Shown: positions 19,538 to 29,746, counted from the stretch's first letter. The stretch: DNA of 64,000 nucleotides from a virus (IMGVR_UViG_3300028025_000089); one strand, 5' to 3'. Numbers and translations: made by a program. Notes: generated by a model from the letters alone, not told the origin.

Positions 19538-20749
19538 TTATTTAATTAAAGATTTGTAAAATTCTGCTCTTGTTTTTGTCACGACATTAAGATCATATCT
19601 GTCTTTTACCGTTTCATAAAGTCTTTCACCAAGATCGGTAATCATATTTGGATTGTCAACTAACTTTTTAACGTGTTTTGCCCAATCACTATGATTTTTA
19701 ACCTCATCAACAAGAAGAGCGTTTCCATCTGTAAATTGACCATTTTTAACAGCACTTTTCAAATCTATGGTGTAAGGACCTACGTTTGATGCAATAAGTG
19801 CCTTCTTATAAAATCCTGCCTCAATTACTTTTAATTGAGATTTCATTCTATTAAAAATGTGGTTTTTAATTGGTGCTAATGAAATGTCAAATTTAGAATA
19901 ATTTCTTGCGTAACTATCGACAGGTCTTGTCCATACACGAACATAATTTTCATTTTCAATTGCGGGGTATTCACCTTCCTCAAATTTGTCTAAAAACAAC
20001 TTATATTCAGGTGTGATAATTTTATAATTGTTTGTAAAAATTTCCTCATATCTAACCCAAACCGTTTCTTGTGGTTTAATTGGTCTTTGTGTTTGTTGTC
20101 CTGTTTCTTTATTAATTTCAGTAACAGTTCCACGAGTATCAAACCCACAAACATAGTATTGTAATTTATCTTGAATTGGTGATAATTTAGAAACCATGCC
20201 ATCTAACAATTTCAAATCATATAAATGTGATGATCCTCCTAACCACCCAACTCTAATTTTATCAGAAGGTAATGTTGGTTCATTGAACTGTGGTTCATTA
20301 GGGTCAATTGCGTTTGGTAATACCAAAACATTTTTATTGAACTTTCTAATCTCGTTGGCGAACAATTCGGTTGTTGTTGTTACATAATCCGCAGCCTTAA
20401 GGTTCTCAACAATTTTTGTGTGAATTTTATTTTCAATAATCAACTGATGAATAGGGTGTTCTTTTGTTGGTAACCAATAATCATCAATATCGGCAATTAC
20501 AATAATACCCAAACTTTGAAGACTTTTGATTAACATTGGGCAATTTTCGATTGGTCCTACACTTCTATGAAAATGAACAATTTGATATTTTTTCCAAAAG
20601 TTTAAATCATTAATTCTTGGTTGATATTCAATATCAACATGAAAATCATTTGGATATAGATTTTGGAGTTTGATGTGTGGATCCACACTTCTGAATCTAC
20701 CTACGCCTGACGTATCGCTAGGTAAAACTAAAACATTAATTTTTGACAT
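19538..20749 (-). CDS. GT-B glycosyltransferase (GT4-like)
   Basis: ADIDDYW, VLPNAID, GWLGGSSH, DISLAP, KSQLKVIEAG, IASNVGPY. Confidence 0.85.
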   Translation of the reverse strand: MSKINVLVLPSDTSGVGRFRSVDPHIKLQNLYPNDFHVDIEYQPRINDLNFWKKYQIVHFHRSVGPIENCPMLIKSLQSLGIIVIADIDDYWLPTKEHPIHQLIIENKIHTKIVENLKAADYVTTTTELFANEIRKFNKNVLVLPNAIDPNEPQFNEPTLPSDKIRVGWLGGSSHLYDLKLLDGMVSKLSPIQDKLQYYVCGFDTRGTVTEINKETGQQTQRPIKPQETVWVRYEEIFTNNYKIITPEYKLFLDKFEEGEYPAIENENYVRVWTRPVDSYARNYSKFDISLAPIKNHIFNRMKSQLKVIEAGFYKKALIASNVGPYTIDLKSAVKNGQFTDGNALLVDEVKNHSDWAKHVKKLVDNPNMITDLGERLYETVKDRYDLNVVTKTRAEFYKSLIK

Positions 20750-20766
20750 GTATTTTTATTTTAGAT

Positions 20767-20797
20767 AAAATATAATCAAAAATATAACTATAATCAA
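20767..20797 (-). promoter_or_regulatory. Host-type promoter TTGATT-N17-TATATTTT
   Basis: -35 at 20797-20792, -10 at 20774-20769; heads the 20749->12436 operon. Confidence 0.6.
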
Positions 20798-20827
20798 TAA
20801 AAAAACCCACCTTAATAGATGGGTTTT
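20796..20827 (-). terminator. Rho-independent terminator of the 23493->20848 operon
   Basis: Minus strand AAAACCCATCT-ATTA-AGGTGGGTTTT followed by a T-tract. Confidence 0.7.
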
Positions 20828-20847
20828 AAAAATTCATAAGCTAAAAA

Positions 20848-21462
20848 TTATTTGGCGATTTTTTTAATCTTAACAACTTTACCCTCAAATAAATGTTGTC
20901 CTACTCTAAATTTGAACATTTCGTTACTTTTTGATTCTGACTCAACTAACAATCCATTTTCGTGTAAAACTTCTTCCATAGTTTCTCTAACTATACTTCT
21001 TATATCATCAGCACTTAAAGAACTTTGTGTTTGTTGTGTTGGTATTTGTTGTCTTTTATTTTCACTAATTGGTTGTTGATTAGATTTTTTGTTCATCAAT
21101 CTTGACGCCTTCTCAACTAATTCATCACTTAATACCGCTCCTGAAGCCATACCCATAGTTGGTTGTTGAATTGGGTGCTCCATCATTAATCTTTTAATTT
21201 CATCAGGAAGTTTTGAATTAGCAATTCTATCTCCAATTGGTGCGTTTGAGTTAGATTGAGTAACAGGTCTTTGGGTTTCTTGCAAAAATTCTTGTGGAAT
21301 ATTATATTGTGCCGGAATTGCTTCGTAATTTTCCACCATAGGTGAAGAATAACCATCGTTAGATGATACGTTTCTTGCGTTACCTCGACCAATGTCGTTA
21401 TGTTTATCCATGATCTTTTTTGAGACCATCAACTTTTGCATTAAATCTTGTTCTGAATTCAT
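20848..21462 (-). CDS. Hypothetical protein (Gln/Pro/Ser-rich), possible head-internal protein
   Basis: 204 aa, last gene of a TATTTAT-headed operon. Confidence 0.6.
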   Translation of the reverse strand: MNSEQDLMQKLMVSKKIMDKHNDIGRGNARNVSSNDGYSSPMVENYEAIPAQYNIPQEFLQETQRPVTQSNSNAPIGDRIANSKLPDEIKRLMMEHPIQQPTMGMASGAVLSDELVEKASRLMNKKSNQQPISENKRQQIPTQQTQSSLSADDIRSIVRETMEEVLHENGLLVESESKSNEMFKFRVGQHLFEGKVVKIKKIAK

Positions 21463-21475
21463 ATATGTTTAATAT

Positions 21476-21856
21476 TTAAAAAACTGCATTTATAAACATC
21501 CTTTCCATACTTCTATCACCATTAGGGTTATAGTTAGGTCTTGGTGTGTCAAACGTTTCTTGAGTTGGTCTTATAAAGTTAATTTTATCAACTCTAAAAA
21601 ATCTCCAACTTGGCAATGGTTTTTTTCCTAAATAAGCCCTGTGTGAAGCTCCTTCTCTATCCCATGCCCTTAAAACAGCATTACCCTTTTTACTTAAACC
21701 AAAGGCTACGGGTTCAATAACTCTTAATCCTTTACCACCTGGTTCATCACCCTCATAATAGATAACACAAACCCTTCTATCTCTAATAGCATTATAAATT
21801 TGGTCTCTAGATGCTACTTCCAATATAAGTTGATTAAATGTGTTGTAAAGTTTCAT
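21476..21856 (-). CDS. Standalone WYL-domain protein
   Basis: VIYYEG...RVIEPVAFG...VLRAW...WRFFRVDKI is the canonical WYL pattern; no HTH domain. Confidence 0.8.
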   Translation of the reverse strand: MKLYNTFNQLILEVASRDQIYNAIRDRRVCVIYYEGDEPGGKGLRVIEPVAFGLSKKGNAVLRAWDREGASHRAYLGKKPLPSWRFFRVDKINFIRPTQETFDTPRPNYNPNGDRSMERMFINAVF

Positions 21857-22140
21857 TATGCTGAAGGTGTTGTATAAGGTTTGTCAGGTTGATATTCGTT
21901 AATTTTAATTTCATTTTTTCTTTCAATAATGTCAATTGAAGATCCTCCGTTTACCGTATCTAAAAATACACCAGTCCCTTTACCAAATTCATCACCATCG
22001 GCAATCGCATCAGGATTTGTTGCTGAATACGGATTTACAGTTTTATAGTCATTTTTAACTATCAAACTTTTTCTTTGTAAGTCTGCAATTGCTGTCAACT
22101 CATTATTTGGTTGACTAAAATCTAATCTTTCTGTTTGCAT
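21856..22140 (-). CDS. Hypothetical protein
   Basis: 94 aa, start/stop overlaps with neighbours. Confidence 0.6.
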   Translation of the reverse strand: MQTERLDFSQPNNELTAIADLQRKSLIVKNDYKTVNPYSATNPDAIADGDEFGKGTGVFLDTVNGGSSIDIIERKNEIKINEYQPDKPYTTPSA

Positions 22141-22142
22141 GA

Positions 22143-22613
22143 TTAAATTATTTTTTTAATTAAATCGTTTATTCTGTTTAGATCTTCTTTGATTCTAACA
22201 TCTTGTGTAAAGGTGCTATGATCCTCTGAAGGTCTAACCATATCTGCGTATGGACCTAAATCATTAACCAATTTAGAATCAATTGGGTCCGGCATATATT
22301 CATATTCCATCTCTTTAGAGAATGAATCGTTATTTCTTAATTGTTGGATTGTAGTTTCAGCCCAATTTTTCATATAGTCAGCACCATTTAAAATAAAAGG
22401 GGCGTCCGTTCCATCACCTTCATAATTATCAAACCAATTTTTTATTCTACCTAATTGTTGGTATGTAACATATCCACTATTTCTTAACTCCTCATTTCGT
22501 TTGTGACCTTCAATCGAAGAATCTGAATTGGGAATCTCGTCAAAACAAGTTTGAAGATATTCAACCATTTCTTTTGGTAATGGAATTGTTTTATTATATA
22601 AATTACTATTCAC
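22143..22613 (-). CDS. Hypothetical protein, faintly like a small helical domain recurrent in phage head-morphogenesis loci
   Basis: KRNEEL...LGRIKNWFD...LNGADYMKNWA pattern; family assignment uncertain. Confidence 0.5.
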   Translation of the reverse strand: MNSNLYNKTIPLPKEMVEYLQTCFDEIPNSDSSIEGHKRNEELRNSGYVTYQQLGRIKNWFDNYEGDGTDAPFILNGADYMKNWAETTIQQLRNNDSFSKEMEYEYMPDPIDSKLVNDLGPYADMVRPSEDHSTFTQDVRIKEDLNRINDLIKKII

Positions 22614-23493
22614 CTTGTTTTAAATGTTTTACTAACTTATCAACGCTTATATTTTCTTTATCTGCCAATCTTTTAATTGCTTCAATATTTCTCATCAATA
22701 TTTTTGACATAACATCATTATCATCTTTTTCTTCTTTTCTTTTTTTAACAACTTCTTTGTCTTTTGATTTTTTTGATAACAATATTTCATCAATCATGTT
22801 TTCCATTTTTTCTTTTTCCAATTCAGAAAGTCTTCTTTTTGTGAAACATTTTTTACATCTACCTCGTTTTTTTTGATTTTTTAAATCTTTATCTAACTTT
22901 CTATCAAAACCAAATCTTTTAAGTCTTTCATTCCTTTCAAATGGATCTTTAACGTCTAACTTATTTTTCAATATTTTATTTGCAACATTATAAGTTGGTG
23001 CAAATTCAATTTCTTCCCAACCAAATGATTCAGATTGATCAACTTCAGATATTGTTTTTTCACTTTCTTCACTTTCACCGTAATAAATACGAATAAATGG
23101 CCATTGTTGTGCTCTACTCATACGAACCGTTTGGTCCATCGTTTTCTTTGCCAAATTCCTTTGGTTCAAAATTGGAATGCTAGATCCCATTAAAGATCCG
23201 TCAGGATTAACCAATTCGCCAATCTCACCATCAGGTTTTTGTTTTGATTTAGATTTTTTATCTAAAAGTTTATGAACATATTCTTTTGATAATTTTTTTC
23301 CAGATTTAATTATGTTTGAAATTATTTTTTGAATATCCTCAAAAACCTCTTTGTCAACAACAATCACCTCGTCATTTTCTCTTGATTCGGTTATTGTGTT
23401 TGATACTGAATAATATATTGCAATTTTATCGCCCTTATCTTTTAAATAAAAATAATAAGGAGAGTTAAAATATTCTGTGTTAAGTTTAATCAT
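22606..23493 (-). CDS. Hypothetical Lys/Glu-rich protein
   Basis: 295 aa, first gene after TATTTAT at 23509-23515. Confidence 0.6.
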   Translation of the reverse strand: MIKLNTEYFNSPYYFYLKDKGDKIAIYYSVSNTITESRENDEVIVVDKEVFEDIQKIISNIIKSGKKLSKEYVHKLLDKKSKSKQKPDGEIGELVNPDGSLMGSSIPILNQRNLAKKTMDQTVRMSRAQQWPFIRIYYGESEESEKTISEVDQSESFGWEEIEFAPTYNVANKILKNKLDVKDPFERNERLKRFGFDRKLDKDLKNQKKRGRCKKCFTKRRLSELEKEKMENMIDEILLSKKSKDKEVVKKRKEEKDDNDVMSKILMRNIEAIKRLADKENISVDKLVKHLKQGE

Positions 23494-23508
23494 GATTTAA
23501 CTTTCTTA

Positions 23509-23535
23509 ATAAATACTTTGATCTGTGGTATTTAT
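23509..23535. promoter_or_regulatory. Back-to-back divergent putative late promoters (TATTTAT on - at 23509-23515 and on + at 23529-23535)
   Basis: Each motif lies 11-15 nt upstream of its own ATG in a 53-nt gap. Confidence 0.65.
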
Positions 23536-23546
23536 TATAAAAACAA

Positions 23547-25916
23547 ATGGCTTACCAAAATATAAATCAATATAATTATCAAAAGTTAAAAATGCAAGTC
23601 ATTTATGACGGGCAAGATATGTCATTGGCTTCTGATGAGGTTGATTTTAACCAAGAAGTTGTGTTCTCACCCTTTTTAATTGCAATTGATAATGGAAAAA
23701 AACTTCCAATCTCGTTGAATCTTAATAGTCCATTAACAACACAAAACTTGAATTTAACGTATGGAGTTTATAATCCAAACAACGTTATTGTTTCTGAAAA
23801 TTTTTATCAACCCGACGATTTAAACTTAAATTGTTTTAGTGCAAATTCAACATGTGATATTGGATTAACAGGTATTGATAATGGATTGGTCACAAAAATA
23901 AAGGGTGATGACTTGTATTATACCAATGGTTTATTTAACGACATAGAAAAATTTGATAGATTATATTATGACAGACGTATGAAGTTTATTCAAACAACGA
24001 CAAACGTTCCTGATAATAATAAATTTTCGGGCATAACTGATTACACATATTATCAAATGGTTTCAAAAACAAGTCCAATATTTGGTAGATACGTTGAGTT
24101 ATATGGTGGATTTTATCAGGGGTTTTATAAGTTGTTTGGTTATGACTATGATATATTACCCGAAAGAATGAATAAAGGTTGGTCGGTTGAAATGTTGTTA
24201 AAACCTAGATTCATCGACGAATTTGCACCTCCATCGGGTTATACAACTTTAAATCAAATTTACCCTAATAATAAGAATACATTTTTTTATATGGGGGCAA
24301 GAGCCGAAAACAAATTTTATCATTATGCCGATGGTTCCCCAAAATGTGAACCAAGTTATGTTAGAATTACTTCGGGTTTAACAAAAGAAGAAACTTGTGC
24401 TTGTTGTAATTATGAAATTAAAAATAGTAGATGTATATACGTTTATCCACCAAGACCAAAAGGTGGTGTTTATGATCCACATGTAAATTATGGTTGTAAT
24501 TTATGTAAAGGTGATGATAATCAAAAAATTACTTGCGGATGTAAATGTTATGAATCTCCGTGTGAGACTTGTGGTTGGATGTGTTTTGATCATAAATGTA
24601 ATTCCATAATCGTTCCAACACCAACACCCACACCAACCCCATCACCAACGGTTCCTTGTGATACTTATCCTCAAATAATTCAATGCACCGTAACTCCTTC
24701 ATGTTGCACATCTTGTCAATCTTGTGGTTGTGATGTTTGTGGATGTCCTCCGAAATCGGCATCAACAACTTTTTCATCTGTGGAAGATACTTGTGAAAAA
24801 GATCCCAAGTTTGATGCGTTGTCTAATAACATATCTTTTAGATTGTGTGGTGATCCACAAAATCCTGGTATTGGTGTTCGAGCAATTAAAATCACGGGTG
24901 ATTGTATTACAACAGGAGAATGTATTACAGGTCAAACTTATGTGACAGGATACACCATAGTTGATATTTGCACCCCACCAATATATCCATATTGTTTAGA
25001 AGTTAATCCTGATTGGTTAGACGTAGAACATTGGTTTTTACTAAATGTGGTTTGGGAAAGATATACTTATTGGGATTATTGTGATTTAAGATGGTTCGGA
25101 GGTTTAGATGATATTACAAGAGTCGAATACCTTCAAAGTTTAGCAAACAATGCGGTGTCTTTAATTGGTCCACCATATACAAATGGTTATGAAGTTCCAG
25201 GTCAAATAGAAATTGTCCAGTTAAATCAAAGATGGTTAGACGACACCAAGTTTAGAATGGGTCGATTGAAGATTTATATAAATGGTCGAATATTCTATAC
25301 AATAGAAGACTTTGAAGAAGTTATACCTCGAGCGTTAGATACTGACAAAGAAAAACAAGTTGGAGTTCCTTTCAACATGTCATGGGGAGGTGGAACTCAA
25401 GGTCTTCACGAAAATCTAACATTAAACTTTTGTAATATATGGAATTACTCTGCTGGTAGTGTGACCACAAATATTTTATATGTCGATTGTAATGGAAATC
25501 CTGCAAGTTTAACCGGTTTAACAAATACGACTGGAAGTATAATAGTTGATAAAAATAACACACCAACAATAACAGTTCCTGATACTAATAATGCAGTTAG
25601 TTTTAGTGGCAATTACCATTTAAAAAGTGATGACTATAATCAAGATCCTGAATGTTTTCCTGAAAATATTTTAAGTGCGACTACCTTAAACAAACTTAAA
25701 ACACATATACTATTAGAAGAAAACTTTGCAGGAACTTTCGATGGGGCAATTTCACAGTTTAGATTTTATACAGAACCATTATCATCACCTGAAGTAAAAC
25801 ATAATTTCAAATTACTAAGAGACACATTTTATATGTTTGATCCTGATTGTCCAAATTGTGACTTGGCATCTTGTCTTCCAAATGATTTTACATACACTAT
25901 AATTAATAACGAATAA
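23547..25916 (+). CDS. LamG/concanavalin-like virion protein with large Cys-rich insertions
   Basis: GWSVEMLLKP, LKIYINGR, FDGAISQFRFYTEPLSSPEVKHNF (LamG C-terminal motif); 38 Cys. Confidence 0.65.
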   Translation: MAYQNINQYNYQKLKMQVIYDGQDMSLASDEVDFNQEVVFSPFLIAIDNGKKLPISLNLNSPLTTQNLNLTYGVYNPNNVIVSENFYQPDDLNLNCFSANSTCDIGLTGIDNGLVTKIKGDDLYYTNGLFNDIEKFDRLYYDRRMKFIQTTTNVPDNNKFSGITDYTYYQMVSKTSPIFGRYVELYGGFYQGFYKLFGYDYDILPERMNKGWSVEMLLKPRFIDEFAPPSGYTTLNQIYPNNKNTFFYMGARAENKFYHYADGSPKCEPSYVRITSGLTKEETCACCNYEIKNSRCIYVYPPRPKGGVYDPHVNYGCNLCKGDDNQKITCGCKCYESPCETCGWMCFDHKCNSIIVPTPTPTPTPSPTVPCDTYPQIIQCTVTPSCCTSCQSCGCDVCGCPPKSASTTFSSVEDTCEKDPKFDALSNNISFRLCGDPQNPGIGVRAIKITGDCITTGECITGQTYVTGYTIVDICTPPIYPYCLEVNPDWLDVEHWFLLNVVWERYTYWDYCDLRWFGGLDDITRVEYLQSLANNAVSLIGPPYTNGYEVPGQIEIVQLNQRWLDDTKFRMGRLKIYINGRIFYTIEDFEEVIPRALDTDKEKQVGVPFNMSWGGGTQGLHENLTLNFCNIWNYSAGSVTTNILYVDCNGNPASLTGLTNTTGSIIVDKNNTPTITVPDTNNAVSFSGNYHLKSDDYNQDPECFPENILSATTLNKLKTHILLEENFAGTFDGAISQFRFYTEPLSSPEVKHNFKLLRDTFYMFDPDCPNCDLASCLPNDFTYTIINNE

Positions 25917-27446
25917 ATGAGTCAGAGTATTGTAATCCAAAGTGTTTTTTATGATGGTGAATTGGCGGAAGTCTTATTCAAACCGGATAATGATGATGTT
26001 GTATTAAATTTTGGTCAAATAACTTTACCATTTTTATTTGAGCCATATTTACTAATCCCTGTAAGAGAAATTTATGGAACGTATACCATAAAACCAATTG
26101 ATTCATCTTGTCCTTATTTTTTAAATGTTCCTCGACCAACACCAACACCGACACCAACTATAACCCCAACAAAAACACCTACATCGACTCCGACACCTAC
26201 GCCAACACCTACACCAACATTTAACCCATGCTTATCGTCAACACCTTTACCAACACCTACTAAAACACCAACACCTACTATAACTCCGACCAGAACAAAC
26301 ACACCAACACCTACTTTAACACCAACATATACACCAACAACTACTTTAACACCAACAACCACGCCAACTATAACTCCAAGTCCTTCACCATCCGATTTAA
26401 TTGTTACAATTCATGTTAATGTAGTTCCTGGATCAATAGTAATTCAATCATTAGTCAACTATAACATTACTTTAGATTGTGATAGTTGTGTGGAATACAA
26501 TTGTGTTTTAGGAATGAATAATGGAACTAGAATGGTAATACCAAAATCAACTGATGTCTCATCAGGATCAACAACGGGATATAGTGAAACACATATTAGT
26601 GAAGATTATAGTATGTTGGATGGAAATGTATGGATAACTTCAGCTGAAGTTTCGGGTTATACAGGAAGTGTAAGCTATGATGTTGTTATTATAACAGATG
26701 TTACACCTACACCAACACCTACACCAACTCAAACACCTACACCAACGGCAAGTGTGGGTCTCACACCAACTATAACTCCTACATATACGTCTACGCCAAC
26801 TGTAACCCCAACTTATACAATTACACCAACTCAAACGCTAACAAATACTTCTATACCAACGCAAACACCGACAAATACTACTACTCAAACTCCAACGTAT
26901 ACACCAACGCCAACTCAAACTAATACGCCTACAGAAACTAACACACCAACACCGACACCTACAGAAACTAATACTCCAACGCCAACACAAACTAATACAC
27001 CGACACCGACACAAACAGAAACACCTACCAATACACCAACACCTACTAATACACCGACATATACACCAACACCAACTCAAACTAACACACCTACACCTAC
27101 GTCATCAGCATCTAACGCACCTACGTTATACTTTGGTAAATTACAAACACCTGACTTTACCGCAGGTCAAGAAACACAATTAAATAACATTCAGTCATTT
27201 AATTCAACAGATATTCATATTCCAATAGTCACTGGTAGTGGTTATGGATACTTGTTAATTCCATCATATATGAACCAACCATCACTTATGAGAAATAGTT
27301 CTGAAGGATGTGCTGGATTTGTTGTTCCAATTATTTCAAAACCTGACGTAACTATCCCTGACATTTTTGGCAACTCCACTATTTATAAAGTATATAGAAC
27401 CTATGTCTCTACTCACGCTGAGGTTGACTTGTGGTTATGTGTATAA
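25917..27446 (+). CDS. Pro-Thr (mucin-like) repeat virion protein
   Basis: Two long TPTPT(N/Q/E)T tracts separating small beta-rich domains. Confidence 0.75.
   Translation: MSQSIVIQSVFYDGELAEVLFKPDNDDVVLNFGQITLPFLFEPYLLIPVREIYGTYTIKPIDSSCPYFLNVPRPTPTPTPTITPTKTPTSTPTPTPTPTPTFNPCLSSTPLPTPTKTPTPTITPTRTNTPTPTLTPTYTPTTTLTPTTTPTITPSPSPSDLIVTIHVNVVPGSIVIQSLVNYNITLDCDSCVEYNCVLGMNNGTRMVIPKSTDVSSGSTTGYSETHISEDYSMLDGNVWITSAEVSGYTGSVSYDVVIITDVTPTPTPTPTQTPTPTASVGLTPTITPTYTSTPTVTPTYTITPTQTLTNTSIPTQTPTNTTTQTPTYTPTPTQTNTPTETNTPTPTPTETNTPTPTQTNTPTPTQTETPTNTPTPTNTPTYTPTPTQTNTPTPTSSASNAPTLYFGKLQTPDFTAGQETQLNNIQSFNSTDIHIPIVTGSGYGYLLIPSYMNQPSLMRNSSEGCAGFVVPIISKPDVTIPDIFGNSTIYKVYRTYVSTHAEVDLWLCV
26130..26390 (+). 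repeat. Pro-Thr coding repeat, tract 1
   Basis: Degenerate acacca/acacct repeats in frame. Confidence 0.8.
26700..27100 (+). repeat. Pro-Thr coding repeat, tract 2
   Basis: Degenerate [11 protein letters not shown] units in frame. Confidence 0.8.
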
Positions 27447-27472
27447 TATTTTATGAATTAAAACTAAATTAA

Positions 27473-28969
27473 ATGGCCGATTTTAGTAGTGTCGGTGGGG
27501 TTGGAATCATGGGTTTCATCTCCCCGATGGATACAAGAGATACGTATGCAGTTATTGATCCTTTATACGGGATTGATGGTATTAGAAACGTTGGGAGTGT
27601 AGAAGATCTTAGTGGGATTTCTTACGATCGTAGAAGATCGGGAATGATCGTAGGTATAGAAGGGGGAACACGGTATTTTAAACTAAAAGATGTTATTTGG
27701 TCTTTTGATATTAGTGATTGGGAAGAAATTTTCTTATACACAATTCCTCAATCGGCAATCACAACAAACAATATTACAGGAGGAACTGTAGATTACTCAA
27801 CTCAAACTTTAACTCTTACAACAAGTTCGGGTGATACAATTACGATTACAGGTATCACTGACACCTACATTACAGGAGGAACATATAACCAAGAAGATTC
27901 GACTTTAGAATTAATAAGTAATTACGGAACAAGTGTTGAAATTACTGGATTTTCGCAGTCAGTTAGTGTTTCGGCAAATACAGGGTTAGGTGTTGATTCA
28001 GGTTTTTTATATACAACATATAATACCCTTTTAGACCCTTCATTAGAAATGGCATCCACAATCGGAGGTCTTACGGCAGGAACATCAGTTTCAAATTTAT
28101 CAGGAAAAACAATTGTGTCAATTTTTGACGACATGCTTTTTCCAACTCAACAACCAACATATACAATACCAACAATTTCTATAAGTAATAATAACGCAAC
28201 AATAGAAGTTGGTTCAACATATAATAATACTTTAACGGCAACCGCAACTAAAAATACCGCAGGAAATTTCACATATTTAGAAATAATAAGAAACGGATCA
28301 ACGTCACTAACTTCAACCACTTCACCATTATCGGCAGTAACCACAAGTTTACCAAGTCAATATGGATATAGTGATCCAAATAATCCGAATTATAATTTTA
28401 CATTAACTTATAATGAAAGTTATGTGATACCAACAGGAGTAACAAGTTCATCAACAACATATAAAGCAAGAGGTAACTACAATAGTGGTTTACCAAAAAA
28501 TACAAACAAGGGGGTTAGTGATACAAGACCCGCACAAATTAGATCAACCAACGCACCTCAAGCAAGTTCAACATCTTTTGATTCATCATTAAAAACTATA
28601 ACGGGAATATTTCCTTATTATTATGGTAAAATGAATGTTGAACCAACAATCGAATCAGTTAGAGAATCAATTTTAAATGGAACTGCAAGTAAAGTTTTAT
28701 CAAGTGCTTCAGGAAATCTTCAAATAACTTTTAACGCATCAACCGAATTTTTATGGTTTGCACATTTGGCATCTTATGGGTTAAAAACTCAATGGTATGT
28801 GGCGGCGGATAATAAAGGTCTAATGTCTAATTCAAGTTTGTTTGATACAGGTGCAAATGGTCTTGTTAGTAGTGAATTAGGTTTTTGGTCAAACGCAAAT
28901 TTTTATATTTATTTAGGAAATTACAAAACGACACTAAACACAATAACTTTGGGTAACGGATTATTTTAA
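27473..28969 (+). CDS. Thr/Ser-rich tail/fibre-associated structural protein
   Basis: 498 aa, beta-strand and Thr-rich composition; N-terminal RRRSGMIV motif; in late operon. Confidence 0.55.
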   Translation: MADFSSVGGVGIMGFISPMDTRDTYAVIDPLYGIDGIRNVGSVEDLSGISYDRRRSGMIVGIEGGTRYFKLKDVIWSFDISDWEEIFLYTIPQSAITTNNITGGTVDYSTQTLTLTTSSGDTITITGITDTYITGGTYNQEDSTLELISNYGTSVEITGFSQSVSVSANTGLGVDSGFLYTTYNTLLDPSLEMASTIGGLTAGTSVSNLSGKTIVSIFDDMLFPTQQPTYTIPTISISNNNATIEVGSTYNNTLTATATKNTAGNFTYLEIIRNGSTSLTSTTSPLSAVTTSLPSQYGYSDPNNPNYNFTLTYNESYVIPTGVTSSSTTYKARGNYNSGLPKNTNKGVSDTRPAQIRSTNAPQASSTSFDSSLKTITGIFPYYYGKMNVEPTIESVRESILNGTASKVLSSASGNLQITFNASTEFLWFAHLASYGLKTQWYVAADNKGLMSNSSLFDTGANGLVSSELGFWSNANFYIYLGNYKTTLNTITLGNGLF

Positions 28970-28972
28970 GAC

Positions 28973-29698
28973 ATGGCAATATTAATTAATGATAATTTAA
29001 ATCCACTAGCACCCAAGATCTTAGATAACAGGTTTGGACCTTATACCTCGACCACTGAGGCGAACCTTTCGATTGATTTAGCGTTTAGAGTAGTTGGTTT
29101 AACTGTCGGTGTATTGTCTGGTAACACAACCTATTCAGGTGGTCGTTATGTTTCAGCATCTGAAGGTATTGTTGAATATTGGTATTACACAGGAATTACC
29201 GATTCTGATTTAGTTTTAAAATCCGATTGCACCGCTCAGTGTGGAGATCCAAATTTCGTTGATAAAGAAGTTTTATATCCTGTTGATGGTGTAAATAAAA
29301 TATTCACATTACGATATACGCCTGAATATAATTCTCAAGACATATATTATAATGGACTTTTACAAAAAGAAGGTCTTGATGCCGATTACACAATTGTTGG
29401 AAGAACAATAGAGTTTAATGTTGCACCATTTGCAAATAGTAGATTATTAGCGTCATATAGAACATACTCTGAAATTAACTTTGTTGATAATGAAACACCT
29501 ATGGGTGTAGTTGATGGAGTGAATACCATATTTGAATTGTCTATTACACCAATTGAGGGTAGTGACCACCTGTATTTAAATGGTTTATTACAAGACGAAG
29601 GTCTTATGTTTGACTACGATCTTACGGGTAGAATAATAACATTTAATATTGCACCACCAATCGGTAGTATAATATTATGTTCATACAGATTTAATTAA
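28973..29698 (+). CDS. Virion protein with two tandem NGLLQ-x-x-G-x-DY beta-domains
   Basis: DGVNKIFTL...YNGLLQKEG..DY and DGVNTIFEL...LNGLLQDEG..DY. Confidence 0.6.
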   Translation: MAILINDNLNPLAPKILDNRFGPYTSTTEANLSIDLAFRVVGLTVGVLSGNTTYSGGRYVSASEGIVEYWYYTGITDSDLVLKSDCTAQCGDPNFVDKEVLYPVDGVNKIFTLRYTPEYNSQDIYYNGLLQKEGLDADYTIVGRTIEFNVAPFANSRLLASYRTYSEINFVDNETPMGVVDGVNTIFELSITPIEGSDHLYLNGLLQDEGLMFDYDLTGRIITFNIAPPIGSIILCSYRFN

Positions 29699-29738
29699 AA
29701 AAAAGTAAAGATTACTTAAATAAAGGAAAAAAATAACA

Positions 29739-29746
29739 TATTTATA
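29739..29746 (+). promoter_or_regulatory. Putative late promoter TATTTATA
   Basis: 20 nt upstream of ATG at 29767. Confidence 0.5.

Noticed and set aside
6823-20749. Bacterial chromosomal O-antigen locus or giant eukaryotic virus
   Set aside because: No wzx/wzy or housekeeping genes; flanked by tailed-phage spike, neck and sigma genes with bacterial-type promoters and terminators
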